From Lytechinus pictus (lineage: Eukaryota), in the NCBI RefSeq assembly GCF_037042905.1, contig NC_087252.1, forward strand, positions 6,698,001 through 6,762,000: 64,000 nucleotides of DNA. Direction: 5' to 3'. The notes under the pieces were generated by a model that saw only the letters and a list, made by a program, of their open reading frames with translations, was not told the DNA's origin and ran no database searches. Below are positions 37,538 through 50,500 of the stretch, piece by piece. A program made the position numbers and the translations under genes. Each line of letters begins with the position of its first letter. Within the stretch, counting starts at the first letter, position 1.

Positions 37538-38429
37538 ATATGGTAACACCGCTGCAATGTTAATCTTTCAACCTGCTTCGATACAAATGTTAAGTATAGG
37601 CTTAACTCACCCGCAGGATAGATCTAAAGCCCCCATCACACTTATTCCGAATCAAGCAGAATTGGCCCGAATGAAAGGACTATTGTTCGACCACCAGTCG
37701 GTCATTCAAATCTACTTCGAACACCGTTCGAAAATACCCCTCGAATGTTTTGAACATGACCAAAACCTTCGGGACGGCCAAAAGAAATGACAAAAATATT
37801 TCGAATGCACTCAGAATGCAGTCAGAATATCTAGAATGCGCCTAGGATGTCCAAGAATGTAGCACGAATTATTTATCTGACTCCATTGCGGTTCATTTTG
37901 ACTAGTGTATGATGATTCACCTGGTCAATTTCCTGAATTTTAACTCCAGTTTGGTGAATTCATAAGTTCCTCCCAAAAATTTCTAGATATTTTGAATATT
38001 TTTTTCTTTCCAGCTTCTGCTTGATTCCTGCTGATTCCGAATAAGTGTGACGGGGGTATAAGTGCAGATGTATCTAGATGTTAAAGGCGAAGTTCACCAT
38101 GACGAAAAGTTTGTTGCAAAAATAGCAGAAAATAATAACAATAAAAATGATGAAGGTTTAACAAAAAATCCATAAAAACGATCCAGAAAGTGATTATAAT
38201 TTTAAGTTTTTGAATTATTACGTCAGATATGAACAGCTGCCTGTTTATTTTACGATATCATATTGATATTTACAAATTGTTTTTTTAGTGTTCATTCTTC
38301 CAGGAGACAGTGTGAAATGATTGGGATATTGATATGCTGAATATACAATGAAACCAAAGAAAACTTTATTCAAGAAAATGACAATCCATTGAATTTTGTA
38401 ATTCACGATAATAGAAAGCTGTTCACATA

Positions 38430-39240
38430 CATAGGCGGATCCAGCTTTTTGCGAAAGGGGGGGGGGGGGGGCGCACTGCCGAGCGGCGCACAAATTTTTG
38501 CACTTCACCGGCGCCATAAAAGAAAATATTGAAAAAGGCGTGTCTATATATATATATACATATATAATGTATATATGACTCATGAGATAGAGACACATAT
38601 CTCACCAACAAATAAATGCGAGCGCGAAGCGCGAGCTGAAATTTGTATAGTATACTGACCTGAAAAAAAGGAAAAAGGTGCCTGTTTAGGACTTTTTGTA
38701 GTAACTCATGAGGAGGATACATATCTCACTACACAGATAATGCGAGTGCCGAGGGCGAGCTAAAATTTCTTTATATTCTAAGCATTTTTGTACCAATGAT
38801 TAAGATGGGTATCTAAAAAAAAACAATAGATGCGAGTGCGAAGCGCGAGCTGAAAATTTTTATATTCCAATTTGAAAAGCGGACAATTTGCACGATTTTA
38901 AATAAAGAATGAGTTGTGTAGCTTTATCTCACTTGCTGATTTCTGTGTAACATTACCATCTTATTTTATTTTTGCACATGCGGAACTATTGGGGGAGGGC
39001 AAAACGATATGTTTGCCCCCTAAACCCAATATTTTCATTGGTGGGGCGATCGCCCCCTGCCCCCCCCCCCCCGGATCGACGCCACTTCATATACAATGAA
39101 TCATAAAAAGTATGGGGTTTTGCTACAGAAATGATGTGAGCGCGAAGCGCGAGCTGAAAATTTTTATATTCCAATTTGAAATGGGACAATATACACGATT
39201 TTAAATAAAGAACGAGTTGTGTAGCTCTATCTCATGATAA
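38430..39240. repeat. Interspersed GC-rich repeat with gcgagcgcgaagcgcgagctgaaa subrepeats
   Basis: Motif at about 38617, 38741, 38831 and 39135; related inverted motif at about 2850-2880. Confidence 0.6.
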
Positions 39241-39997
39241 CAAGTCATCATGAATCATTTGTAATACATCACCAATCAAGGTTTATATATTATCATTTAA
39301 TTTTCATGTACATGATGTTTAGGCCTATATACAGAATTATATATTGTGATGCTTTTCACTAAATCTAATGCAATTTGAAATAATGAGAAATTTTTATCTA
39401 ATTACTTTGATGAAACTGGATATAATGCTTATGAGCTGAATTCAGACAGAGTTTTATAGGTATCGTTATCTTTGTTTTAAACTTCTTCCTGAGTGATCAG
39501 ATGAATAACATACTTAATGGAAGATGAAAATAAATCAAATTTTGTGGCGTGAACATTTAAACGTTAAAACAAAGGTATTGAAAAACTGTATTTATACATT
39601 GAAAATGATATTTAGTGGTTTAAGGTCTAACGAATATACGTCTACATGGTTGCGTAATTATACACTCCCGGTATAAGCAACGTTTTGGACTAAAATATCG
39701 AATCATCTTCATAAAACACTAGAGTAGCTCTCTTACACTAAAGGCCATAGAGGTGGCACAATGTGGAATGTGTTAAGAAGAAAAGTGACTGACCTTTTTT
39801 TTTACTAAAGCATTGGAAAATGAGATCAAAATTAAAGGATTTGCTCTACACTTTTGTATGATTCTGGGCTTTCTTAAAATAACAAATTAATGATTTCATG
39901 ACATCTGTGGGCAACTGTCCCGCCCCAGTGCACTAAAGGGCATGCGATAAGCTTTGTTATTCGTTATGACCATTAAACAATAAAATGTATAACCAGC

Positions 39998-40620
39998 TAG
40001 GTGCCGCTGATCATTATTGACCGGCGCCGATCTAGATTTGGTTGGTAATAGGCCCTTCTTCGTTATTCTACCGGCGCCTATTTAGTAGAACCAGGGGACG
40101 CTGATCATTCTTGACCGGCGCCGATTTAAATTTAGGTGGCGCCGGTTAAGACAAAGGCAGCGCCGATTTGTCTTGACCGGCGCCGATTTAAACAAGTAGT
40201 GCTGACTATTTTTACAGACGTCACGTAAAATTCAGGCAGCCGGGCAATTCATAATCGACTGGCGCCGATTTAGAACCAGGAGGCGCCGATTATTCTTGAC
40301 TGGCGCCGATTTGGATTTAGGTGGAGCTGATTATTCTTGATCGGCGCCAGTTAAGAACTCAGGCAGCGTCGATTTTTCTTTACCGGCGCCGATTTATAAC
40401 CGAATGGCGCCGATTATTCTTATCCAGCGCCGATTTAGATTTAGGTGGCGCTGATTATCATTGATTGGCGCCGGTTAAGTCTCTGGCAGTGTCAATTTTT
40501 CTTGACTTGCGCCGATTTATAACCAAATAGCGCTGATTATTCTTGTCCGGCGCCGATTGAGATTTAGGTGGCGCTGATTATTCTTAATTGGCACCAGTTA
40601 TATGCAGGCAGCGCACTGCA
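39998..40620. repeat. GC-rich minisatellite of ggcgccgatt units
   Basis: More than 20 degenerate ggcgccga(t) cores at about 21-bp spacing. Confidence 0.85.
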
Positions 40621-41870
40621 ATACCGGCGAAGTTGTTTGGAAAAAGGTAGTTTTCTTTTCTTTCCTTTATTTTTATTTTTTCAAGCCGCGCCTTTTCTTT
40701 CTTTTACTTTTTTTTTTGAGCGGCGCCGCTCAAATATTAGGGGGGGGGGGCGCGCCCCCTGTGCCACCCCCTGGATCCGCCGATGACATATGACGTCGAA
40801 AAATGTAGTATAATTAATCGTTGATAGATTTTCTACAAACCGTCATCAATATCTTTTGTTTTTTCTGTATTCAAAATAAACTTTTTTGACAGGGTTAACT
40901 TCCCCATTAAAACTAGCATTTGGGAATATCATAGTCCCCAGAACAGTTTGTAAAAATCTGTTTACTTCTCTCCATACACCAACACCTGGATCCGTCTTCC
41001 AAAGAGTTTCGATTAATCCATTCATCATGAACTATATGGAAGTCCATCATTGTAATAATTTCAGGGAATATGCACATTGTCCATGCAAGCAAAGAGAATC
41101 ACAGTGAATTTTAAAGAAAAATATTAATGTATGTTTATACATTATTATGTCTAAAAAAATATTCTGAACAAATATATATGCGTTATATATTATGTATATG
41201 TTGCTGGCTTTCCATACATACTGTTGTTCGGATCAATCACAACCCTTTTTAAAGACGAGGTCCATGGCTATCTATACTGCAGACACTACACATATATAAA
41301 GAACGTAAACACAATCATGTGTAGCATTTCATGGCTTGTTATATTAGAAAGACCCGACCAAGTAAATATTTCGGGAACAATGCTAACTGTAATATTTGCA
41401 CATTTTTTAATTGTTTAAATTATCTGTCGTATATTAAGCAATCACATAAGCATTATCAAGATTAGGTGATATAACATTCTGGCAAATCATTCGAAAAGAT
41501 TATTTGTCATTTTTTAAGTTATCACATAATTGATAATATGACCATTTATTCCTATATTTACCCCAACAATGTTTTTAACATGTATTCTAAGACGAAACAC
41601 AATGCTTTTGTATTTTAACTTAAGTATATTTCTGATCATCCTGTAATTCAGATTGGCCAACTAATTATCTGGCGTTAATTTGATTACATATTAGCATGAT
41701 TAAAACTGCTGTATCTCAACCATATGATATAACTACAGTATCAAATATATGACTTACGTCTTATATGTTCATTGATGTTTATTGATCTTTTAACAAATAT
41801 GAAAATGAATAGGACTAACATAGATCCTACTCCGAGACCGATAGGGAAAGTGTTCAAAATCAAGTTGGTA

Positions 41871-42053
41871 TACTCTAAAAGCACTGAGTATAAAAGTTTT
41901 AACCAATATTGGGTAGAAAGGGAACATGCATGTTTGCTGTGTAATTTTCTCTACAACATGGAATAAATTTTACAAGATATCGGGTATCTTTTCTACCCAA
42001 CCACATCATGCATGTTCCCATTTTATCCAATAATGGGCAACCTTTTTAGAGTG
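41871..42053. mobile_element. Small palindromic MITE with TA TSD
   Basis: ta-tactctaaaa ... tttttagagtg-ta; internal inverted gggaacatgcatg / catgcatgttccc. Confidence 0.75.
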
Positions 42054-44524
42054 TAATGTAGGGTACTATTTTATTGTCGCAAGGTAATTCTGAAACAATT
42101 CAATGGCTTTCCGAAGGTCCGCACACCTTTTAAATTTAAAGGAGGCAATTTGACTAAGTCAAAAACCTTCGTACTTAGACCCAATCATTATATTCCATTG
42201 ATCAAATTTTCTCAAACTATTATCTTGAATTTAATCATCGCCGTTGACGTAGAATGTTTAAGACGAAATCCCGAATGATCCACACATAAAACATGATTAT
42301 TTTGTAAATGATTAACTTGAAGTCTTTAATTACCTTTTCCATTCTGTGTATAAAAAACTGAAATGGGATATTCCTTTAAAATTATTTATTTATGATAACC
42401 TGGGGCTCCTTTCCGCATCTTTATATATTGATACAAGACTCTTTAAGCAAACGACACTATGGATTTCAACAAATCTTTTCGCTTGTATGAGCACTACCTA
42501 TTTTCAAAAAAATCAACGAAAAATGATTTGCGAAAAACTATGATATGAAAAAAATAAGTATTAATCATGAAGAGCGCATGGATTTTTAACTTAGAAGATG
42601 CATTTTTCCTTTAAAACTTATAAATGTTGTGTTCTTGGCCAAAACACTCCCTCGAGCGCCACTACCCACATCCCCCCCACACATACACACACCACAGTAC
42701 TCAACCCAAACAATAGCCTATCCAATATGCATCGGGCTAGTGGGCAAACTACTGACGGGCGAGGGCGCAGCCCGAGCTTCGCCCTCGCCCGTCAGTCTGC
42801 TTCGCGCGACCAGTAACTTGCCCACTATAGCCCGGCGCATATCAGATAGGCTACCCAAACAAAAGATTATGTAAAAAAAGTTTACTTTCATATAACTGAT
42901 GAGATCAATGCCTAAAAATAAGTGTGAATAAGATATAAACTTTTTTCAATTTTGGGGAATTTTTTAAAGTGTATATTTTTTATTGATACGAACTGTGGTG
43001 TCATCCATAAAAAAGTATTAAAGATTCACTCATAATGATATACTGTATATGCAATATACAAAAACATAATATTATTATACAAATGAAAAGTCAGACTCTA
43101 TATTAAACATGGTAAGTATAAAAATAAAGCTTAAGTGCCTGTTCGGCATATATACATTTATTACATACAGGCACACACACGCACAACATATCTATGCAAG
43201 CACTCACATTTTCATAATAATAATAATATTTGAGATTTATATAGCGCATAATAGTCAAAAGACTCTCTATGCGCTTAACAAAATTATATTTAATAAATAA
43301 TACATTAAATCTTATCTGAATTATACAATAAACCTAAACTTTAATCCTAAAATACTTAATACAAATTAGAACAAATTAAATCAATACATAGAAATGAAAG
43401 CTTACAATATTTAACAACATAACATATTTATCATTATAAAAAGACTATTTTGAAAATAAGTGAGTTTTGAGAATTGATTTTCATAAATCAATTCAAAGTT
43501 CTCTTTATTCGCATTAAATTTTTAAAATGCAGAATAGGTATACGAAAACAAAACCAATAATTTGCCATTTACATTCAACATAACAAATGAAAGAAATAAA
43601 CACTAGGCCTACATAATCCGAATAGTAAAAAATCACACGGTAAAAACTGTATCGAACGTAAGGAATAGATTAATATGAAGAAATGTTGAATGAGAAATGC
43701 TCTACAACTACTTACAATTGAACTTGATCGTGGTTTTTTCATTAACATAAAAACTTATGCCAATAACCAACTCCAACAGTAAATAGCGAGTTTAATGATC
43801 AGGTTAATTTTACCTTAGATAATTGGAAATGTGACTTTTTGCAAGATTGATGAATTTAACTTGTTAATTTAACTTGTCACAGACACATCCTCGAAACATT
43901 TGGTTATAATTTTTCTGTATTACAAATAACGCTTAAAAATTAGATTTATAGCTGTTAACTTAATATGATTAAAATGACTTAAAAGTGGTAGAATAAGTGT
44001 ATAATAAATCAATTTGAGTGCAAAGCTTGGCAAAGTATATTTTAGTCACGATAAATATCAAACATCTCTTGCTGAATTAGATATTGTAGACGTGTGAGAA
44101 TCACATTGAGATATTCATTTATTGTTACACCTAAAACTAAATATTTTCTATTTTGCAAGTTACATTTTTGGCATCATTTCCTTTCATCAAGGTGAGATTG
44201 AAGTGTTTACCTTTATTCTGTTGCTTGTCACGAAAAAAATCGACGGGAAAGTCTGCAAAAATAGTCCTTTGAATCACTGTATAGGTCTATCGAATAGCTA
44301 AAAATGTGATATATCAATATACCGCTCATTATTTATCCTTACAATAGTTTTGAAACAATTTCCAAAAGTTAAAAGTGTAAACGACGTGTTGTTAGAGTGA
44401 CGGGCTTTAAGTTTTTCACGCGTTTTTACATGATTAATGTACGTCAACGATCAGGCACACTTATAATTATGAAAATAATATTTTCTTGATGATATTTTTA
44501 CACGAATGATGCGGTAATTATATT

Positions 44525-44584
44525 TCACATATCACTGGTAGACGCATACAACTGCTCATCCAAGTCATTAAGTGACAGGTAGCT
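44525..44584 (-). CDS. Paralog B last coding exon: SYLSLNDLDEQLYASTSDM*
   Basis: ttttcag acceptor, phase 0, Tyr-containing RTK-like tail, TGA at 44525-44527. Confidence 0.75.
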   Translation of the reverse strand, partial: SYLSLNDLDEQLYASTSDM

Positions 44585-47500
44585 CTGAAAATTGAACGAT
44601 ACAGACAATTAAAGTCCGTTATCAATCAGTCAATAGCAATGTGATGTAAATAGATATTATTCAGCATTTTTCATCAAGAAAATTCATAATCAAATGTTTT
44701 AATACTTCAATATTTACTGAAGTTACAACGTTATTACAGATACAAATTATCAAAAAAAAAATTAACAAACAAAATTAACAAATCTACGGGGGATAGGGCA
44801 ATCTGAGGCCAACCGGGTACCCAAATTAAATCTCGGCTCTTGAATTTAGGGAGCAAGTTTGTCTTTTCTCCTTGCATGATAAAACACATAATATTATAAT
44901 TCAAAGTGAGAGTTGGGAAAAGGCCTCGCATGGCTTAATTATTCTAACTCTACTGCATAGTATAGTATACAGGTAAAACAATACACACTAAGAAATAAAG
45001 GTTCAAAATTGAACCCAGAAAGGTTGATGCAAAATCAGCACCCTATGGGTTCAAAAATTGAACCCCTGATTTGGGGTTCAAAAATTAAACCCTGCGATTG
45101 GGGTTAATTTTTGCACCCTGCGGGTTCAAAACTGCACCCATAGGGGTTCAATTTAAAATTTAGGGTGCAGTTTTGAACTCGCAGGGTGCAAGAATGAACC
45201 CCAAACGCAGGGTTCAATTTTTGAACCCCAACTCAGGGGTTAAATTTTTGAACGCATAGGTTGCTGATTTTGCATCAACCTTTCGGGGTTCAATTTTGAA
45301 CCTTTATTTCTTAGTGTGTAGATTTCAATCGTATATTGCCCCATGGTTGATAGACCTGATAAAAGCAAAGTCAATCAGTATCACAGCAGAAGATCAAATT
45401 GTGTGGAATCAAAATTTAAGCTTACATGAGTTTTTTCTAGAATCATTTCCAAATCTTTCAGGATCCGGTCAAAGTTTGTCCTATTTGTAGGGTCCTTCTC
45501 CCAACATCCAGTCATAACCGAATACCTGTGAAATAAGATAACGGTTCTTTATTCACAATGCAATATCAGTCCATGTTATCATTTGTGAGCCACAAATAGA
45601 GATTTACACCATCCTTAAATTCATGTGATATTTAAACAGTCTTTGATCATATTATAACACTTCTTTTTTTATTACACCACTTTATGCATGGACGTACATA
45701 GGTCCATACGTTATGGATTGCTCCTGTAAAGGGAACGAATTGACGTTGTTCTTATAACACCGTAATTATCAAAGGGGAAGGTCACCCTGAAGAAAGGTTT
45801 GTTGTAAAAAAAATACCAGGAAATAATTACAAAATATTGGTAAAAATCTGATGAAAATCTATCAAAGATTAAGAATGTTATTGAAATTACACTTCTTGTG
45901 CACAGTGACGAGGGCGTGGCATCTGGTAACCATTAGCAACCTCCGTCTGAACCGCGCCGAATGTTATATTTGGGTATGGTCTTGCACCTATCAGAATAAA
46001 GAAAATGATAATGCTGGTGATCTGAAAATATTACTTTATACTGTATGTTTTGTAATATTCCAGTTCACAACTCTTCTCATCGTCAATCAAAACTTTGAGC
46101 GTTCCTGTGTATTCTTCATTTTAATAACTGAATTACATCAATTCAACATGTTTGACATCACCCGGCGTTTCAATTCAAGGAGAATTATGATTTCATCAAC
46201 TCCCAATGAAAACAAATAGAGATATTATTAGTGTCGTTTTTAATATCTCCGTCGCTTTTTCATTGGGTTTTTAAGTTGAAGCAGGAAAATAAGGGTATTC
46301 GTGTAGTAGTCATGTGAGTCAAATAATTGTTGTTGCTTTGGTTTCATTTAGCCTATCAGCACACTCATTTATCATTTAAGTCATCATTGTACTGTGACTA
46401 TTATCATCTTCAAAACAAACCATTATAATCATTATTATACAACATATCTATGGATATGTAAGATTTAATAACAGGGCATCACACATTTACAAACATTGAT
46501 TCATGCACCTCATTTCTTACCCAGTGTTACAATTTCCCATAAGACGATACCAAAAGACCAGATGTCTCCTTCTGTTGTTTGGTCACCCGTTACCATGGTT
46601 TCTGGTGAACTCCATCTGGTAGGTTTCTATGACGGTGTACAAATTATGAAGAATCGTGTTAAAGCAATAATTCGATCGACTGCCAGTTGCAATCTGTAGT
46701 TAAGGTATACAATGTCAAATATGTCTTAATAATGATGTAAAACCAGCAATCTGGTATATTTGCAGGCTGAGGAATAAAACCAAAAGTCTCAATTGTTCAG
46801 ATATCAACCTTGTTACATTAGGTATCAGATATTTGCGTTTATCTTCAGAAAAAGGAGAAGAGCTCTAAATAAAGCTACAAAATAACATTCCTTATTATTT
46901 GGCATAAACCGTCACACTTACAGCTACGTCACCAAAGAACGATGAAGAAAGTCCATAGTCTGATATCTTGCATTGTTTTCTTTCTCCTAGCAACACGTTG
47001 TGAGCGCAGAGAGCTCCATGGATAATCTGAATAAAAAGAAAAAATATCACAACTAAATCTATGAGTCATTGGGAGTATTTTTTTTATTTTGGATCTTTTT
47101 TAATTGTTTATTGAGAATAAACAAGTCTCTTGGGTTACCCTTCCACTGTTTGAAACTAATAGGATTCTGAACTGATAACATAAACTTGAAAGTTGATTAT
47201 ATTTCTAATCCTAACTAACTTCCTTTCCTCGTCTTATTCCTTATTTCGTTAAGGGATTTCATAATAAATTGTTAAGTTACCTTCTTAGATAAATTACCTT
47301 CTTAGATGCTAGAAACTGCATCCCTTTAGCAACCTGCCAAGCCAAGTTAAGTAGGGTACCCTCCTCAATACGAACACCATTTGGTTTGATATTGCTGTAC
47401 GTGGGTTGAGATTGCACCCCTGAAGTCTGTAGATGGGTGAGGAGTGTACCCCCTGAGATGAACTCATACAGAATACTACCTATAAATTGATGGTATATAA

Positions 47501-50500
47501 ACGATCGTTGGAGAAAGGTAAACTCCGTGACTTTATATTTAATTAACAACCTCCTGTAGTGTGTTGCAGGAGAGGAATGAAGTATAATGTCCTCTGCTTC
47601 GTATTTCTTGAACCATTAACACTAAATCAATTCAAGGGGTTTCTGCGATTGTAAAATGAGGGGAAAGACACCCTTTTCCCTCACCCCCTCTCTCTCTTTC
47701 TTACACAAAAACAGACTAACCCATCAGCTCAGACACGCACACACATATTTTTTTTTTCCTTTTTTTGTTTGTTAATTCCTTCATGTCTTCTATCATTTTA
47801 TTCACTTTTTCTATATATTCGATTCGATTCTATAGCATCTTTTTATTTTATTTTTTTACTATCACTCATGATTTATCATTATTATTATTTTTTATCTTAT
47901 TTATAAAATTCATTATTACTTTGAATGACACTTCCCAAGCTGGAATTTGCCATTTTCTTTCAAATTGCGGACTCCCCGGGACTTACGTGTATAAACACAA
48001 TGCAAAAAAGTTACAGTACTTACGACCTAAGTATATTAATTGTTTAGATGATACATTTCACTGTCGTTTAAAGAGAACCTCTTGTATTTAGATTTATGAT
48101 ATTATTGAAGAGGCTTTACGTACCTTGCTCTTTACAATATCCTAGACATCTTACAATATTTGGTTGATCCGATAGCTTGTAAAGTACCTTGATGGCTTGA
48201 AGTACGTGAAGTGTTTTTGTCACGCAATCTAAGATAGTAGTTCATAAAAATAATCACATTATCATTCACTGAAAAAAAAAAAAATTTTCAAGGATTATTT
48301 TCCCATGACCAATTTCTGGAGAAGTAAAAAGATAATAATAATGAACACTTTTTGAAATAGGAGCATGTACCTCATTTGCGTACCCCTCCCTTCATCCTTC
48401 CCATGTAAGGCATGTTAATTGCATTCAAGAGAACCCGAATCCACTAGTCGTATGAAAACAATTCAACCAATTTCTAGCGAATCACTTTCCAATCTACATT
48501 ATCTACATGTCCTGAATGGCATCCTACTATTATTCGTTAATTAGGACATTCATTGTTTTATTGTGATGACAAATCAATCATAACCTTGAAAAGATCGAAT
48601 TTCTGTCATATCCATTAAAAATGCTTGAATGAATGAATTACACACTATCACCTGGTATTTGCCTGATAGCAACGTCAAGATGGTTTTGTTTTGAGCGCAG
48701 GTCTCCCTTCCATACCTCGCCGAAGTCACCCCGTCCAATCGAACCGAGTCTGGTAAAGAACGTCACGTTTTCATGGGCAATGACGAAGGAGTGGGATGAA
48801 TCAAGTTTTAACGCTGTGTATGCTATATTTGTTTGAAGAAAAATTAAAGAAATTGAGTTAGAACACTTACTGCCATAATCAAAACATCAAACCCATCTGA
48901 ACTGAAAAAAGTAATTATGATGAATGTAGATTTATTGTGCTCTGGTATATAGAATGCAATGTTTATGCAATACATTGGAGTTTAATCAATGCAAAATCGA
49001 ACAGTTTCTCTTCAGCTCTATATATCTGGAATGCCTTTCCATCTGTCCATTGAGGATTCGAACAATTGAATCGCTTGAAACATTTAAAAGGTATAAAGCC
49101 CTTTCTGTTTTCTTCGTACTTTTGTTACTGTAATATATGTTACTGTAATTTGATCTGACCATTTTGATACCTCCACACAGGCAAACATATTTTTTCCTGT
49201 AACCCCTCCCTCACCCTTCGCCTCGTAATAGTTTACTAGATAGATGGTGCACAATAAATGCTGTGTTTATTATTATTAGCATTCACACACAAGAAAATAC
49301 AAGAGAAACCGTTTATGTGTATGTTAGCTATTTAGGTTTTACAATTCGGAATAAGCATTATATTCATCAGTAAAAGTGATGATTTTGAATTATGAGGATG
49401 TTGCAAAGCTACGGCACTATGTCGCAGATGTAAAATATGTTATCGAAAACTATGGGCGTATATCTGATATGAAATATGTTCCGTGATATGTATAATTATA
49501 AAGAAAAGAAAATTAGAAACATTATTCTTGAATAATTTTTCACCTCGATCTCCGCTTTGAATCATCTCATAAGCCACGTTGTCATTCCCCTCCTGATGTG
49601 TATTTACTCCATCTCTGTACAAGGAAAGTATTATTTTGAAATAATAAAATAATTTTTTAAATAATTAATTGTTTTACATCGATAAGGATAGACTCCAAGA
49701 TGATTTCATTTCATAGTTTGATAGTATAAAGTAAGATGTAGCTTACTTACGCCTACTCAAAGGGATTTCATGGCACTAACATCATTCCTGCGCAATCAGT
49801 GAAACATTGGATTGATCAATAGATGTTAAAAATAGCGATTATGTGTCATAGAGTGTTGTTATGAATGGGATTATAAAAAATAACTTGAAACTACAAAAAT
49901 TACAATGTGATGAATACGTAGTACATTTTCCAAATAGAATGATTAGGCAAGAGTAGAAACAAGCAAACTCAATAATACATAAGTAGCTAGTGAACCAAAA
50001 TCTGAAATTTTATCACATACTAAATATCATTAGATGATCAGATATTTGAAATGGGATTTATAAATATTTACTGAAATGAAATTATCCTTTTTTTTCTTTA
50101 TGTTGTCAATTATATGCATGCACCTTGTAAGAATTGGTGCTCGAAAGTTGCAATTGAAAGCATTTGTATTAATACTGAAAGGTATGTTGAGGCGAAGGGT
50201 ATTTATTTAAAAATGTGTGCTTTGAATGGTTTGGTATTTGAGTATATTATATAAATATGAGTAAGGGCGGGGATGGATATTTGGTATGTATCTTCCCAGT
50301 TTCTGAGAAATTGGTGGTGTGCGAGTGTTGAGTGTTGGTGTTGGAGCCTGTGGGTGTATGTGTGATAAGGTAGCTATGTGTGTGTGTGCATGCGTGTGAA
50401 AATTTGTGTACATGAACGCTTGTAAATGTGAGAAAGAGGGTGCGATGGTGTTTGTGAGATTATAAAAGGGTGTAGATGGGTGTGCGTGTGCATATTTACA

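Noticed and set aside
40846..41028. 60-aa minus-strand ORF (…LWKTDPGVGVWREVNRFLQTVLG…) as a downstream exon of the orphan TM exon
   Set aside because: No recognisable motif and no convincing splice sites.
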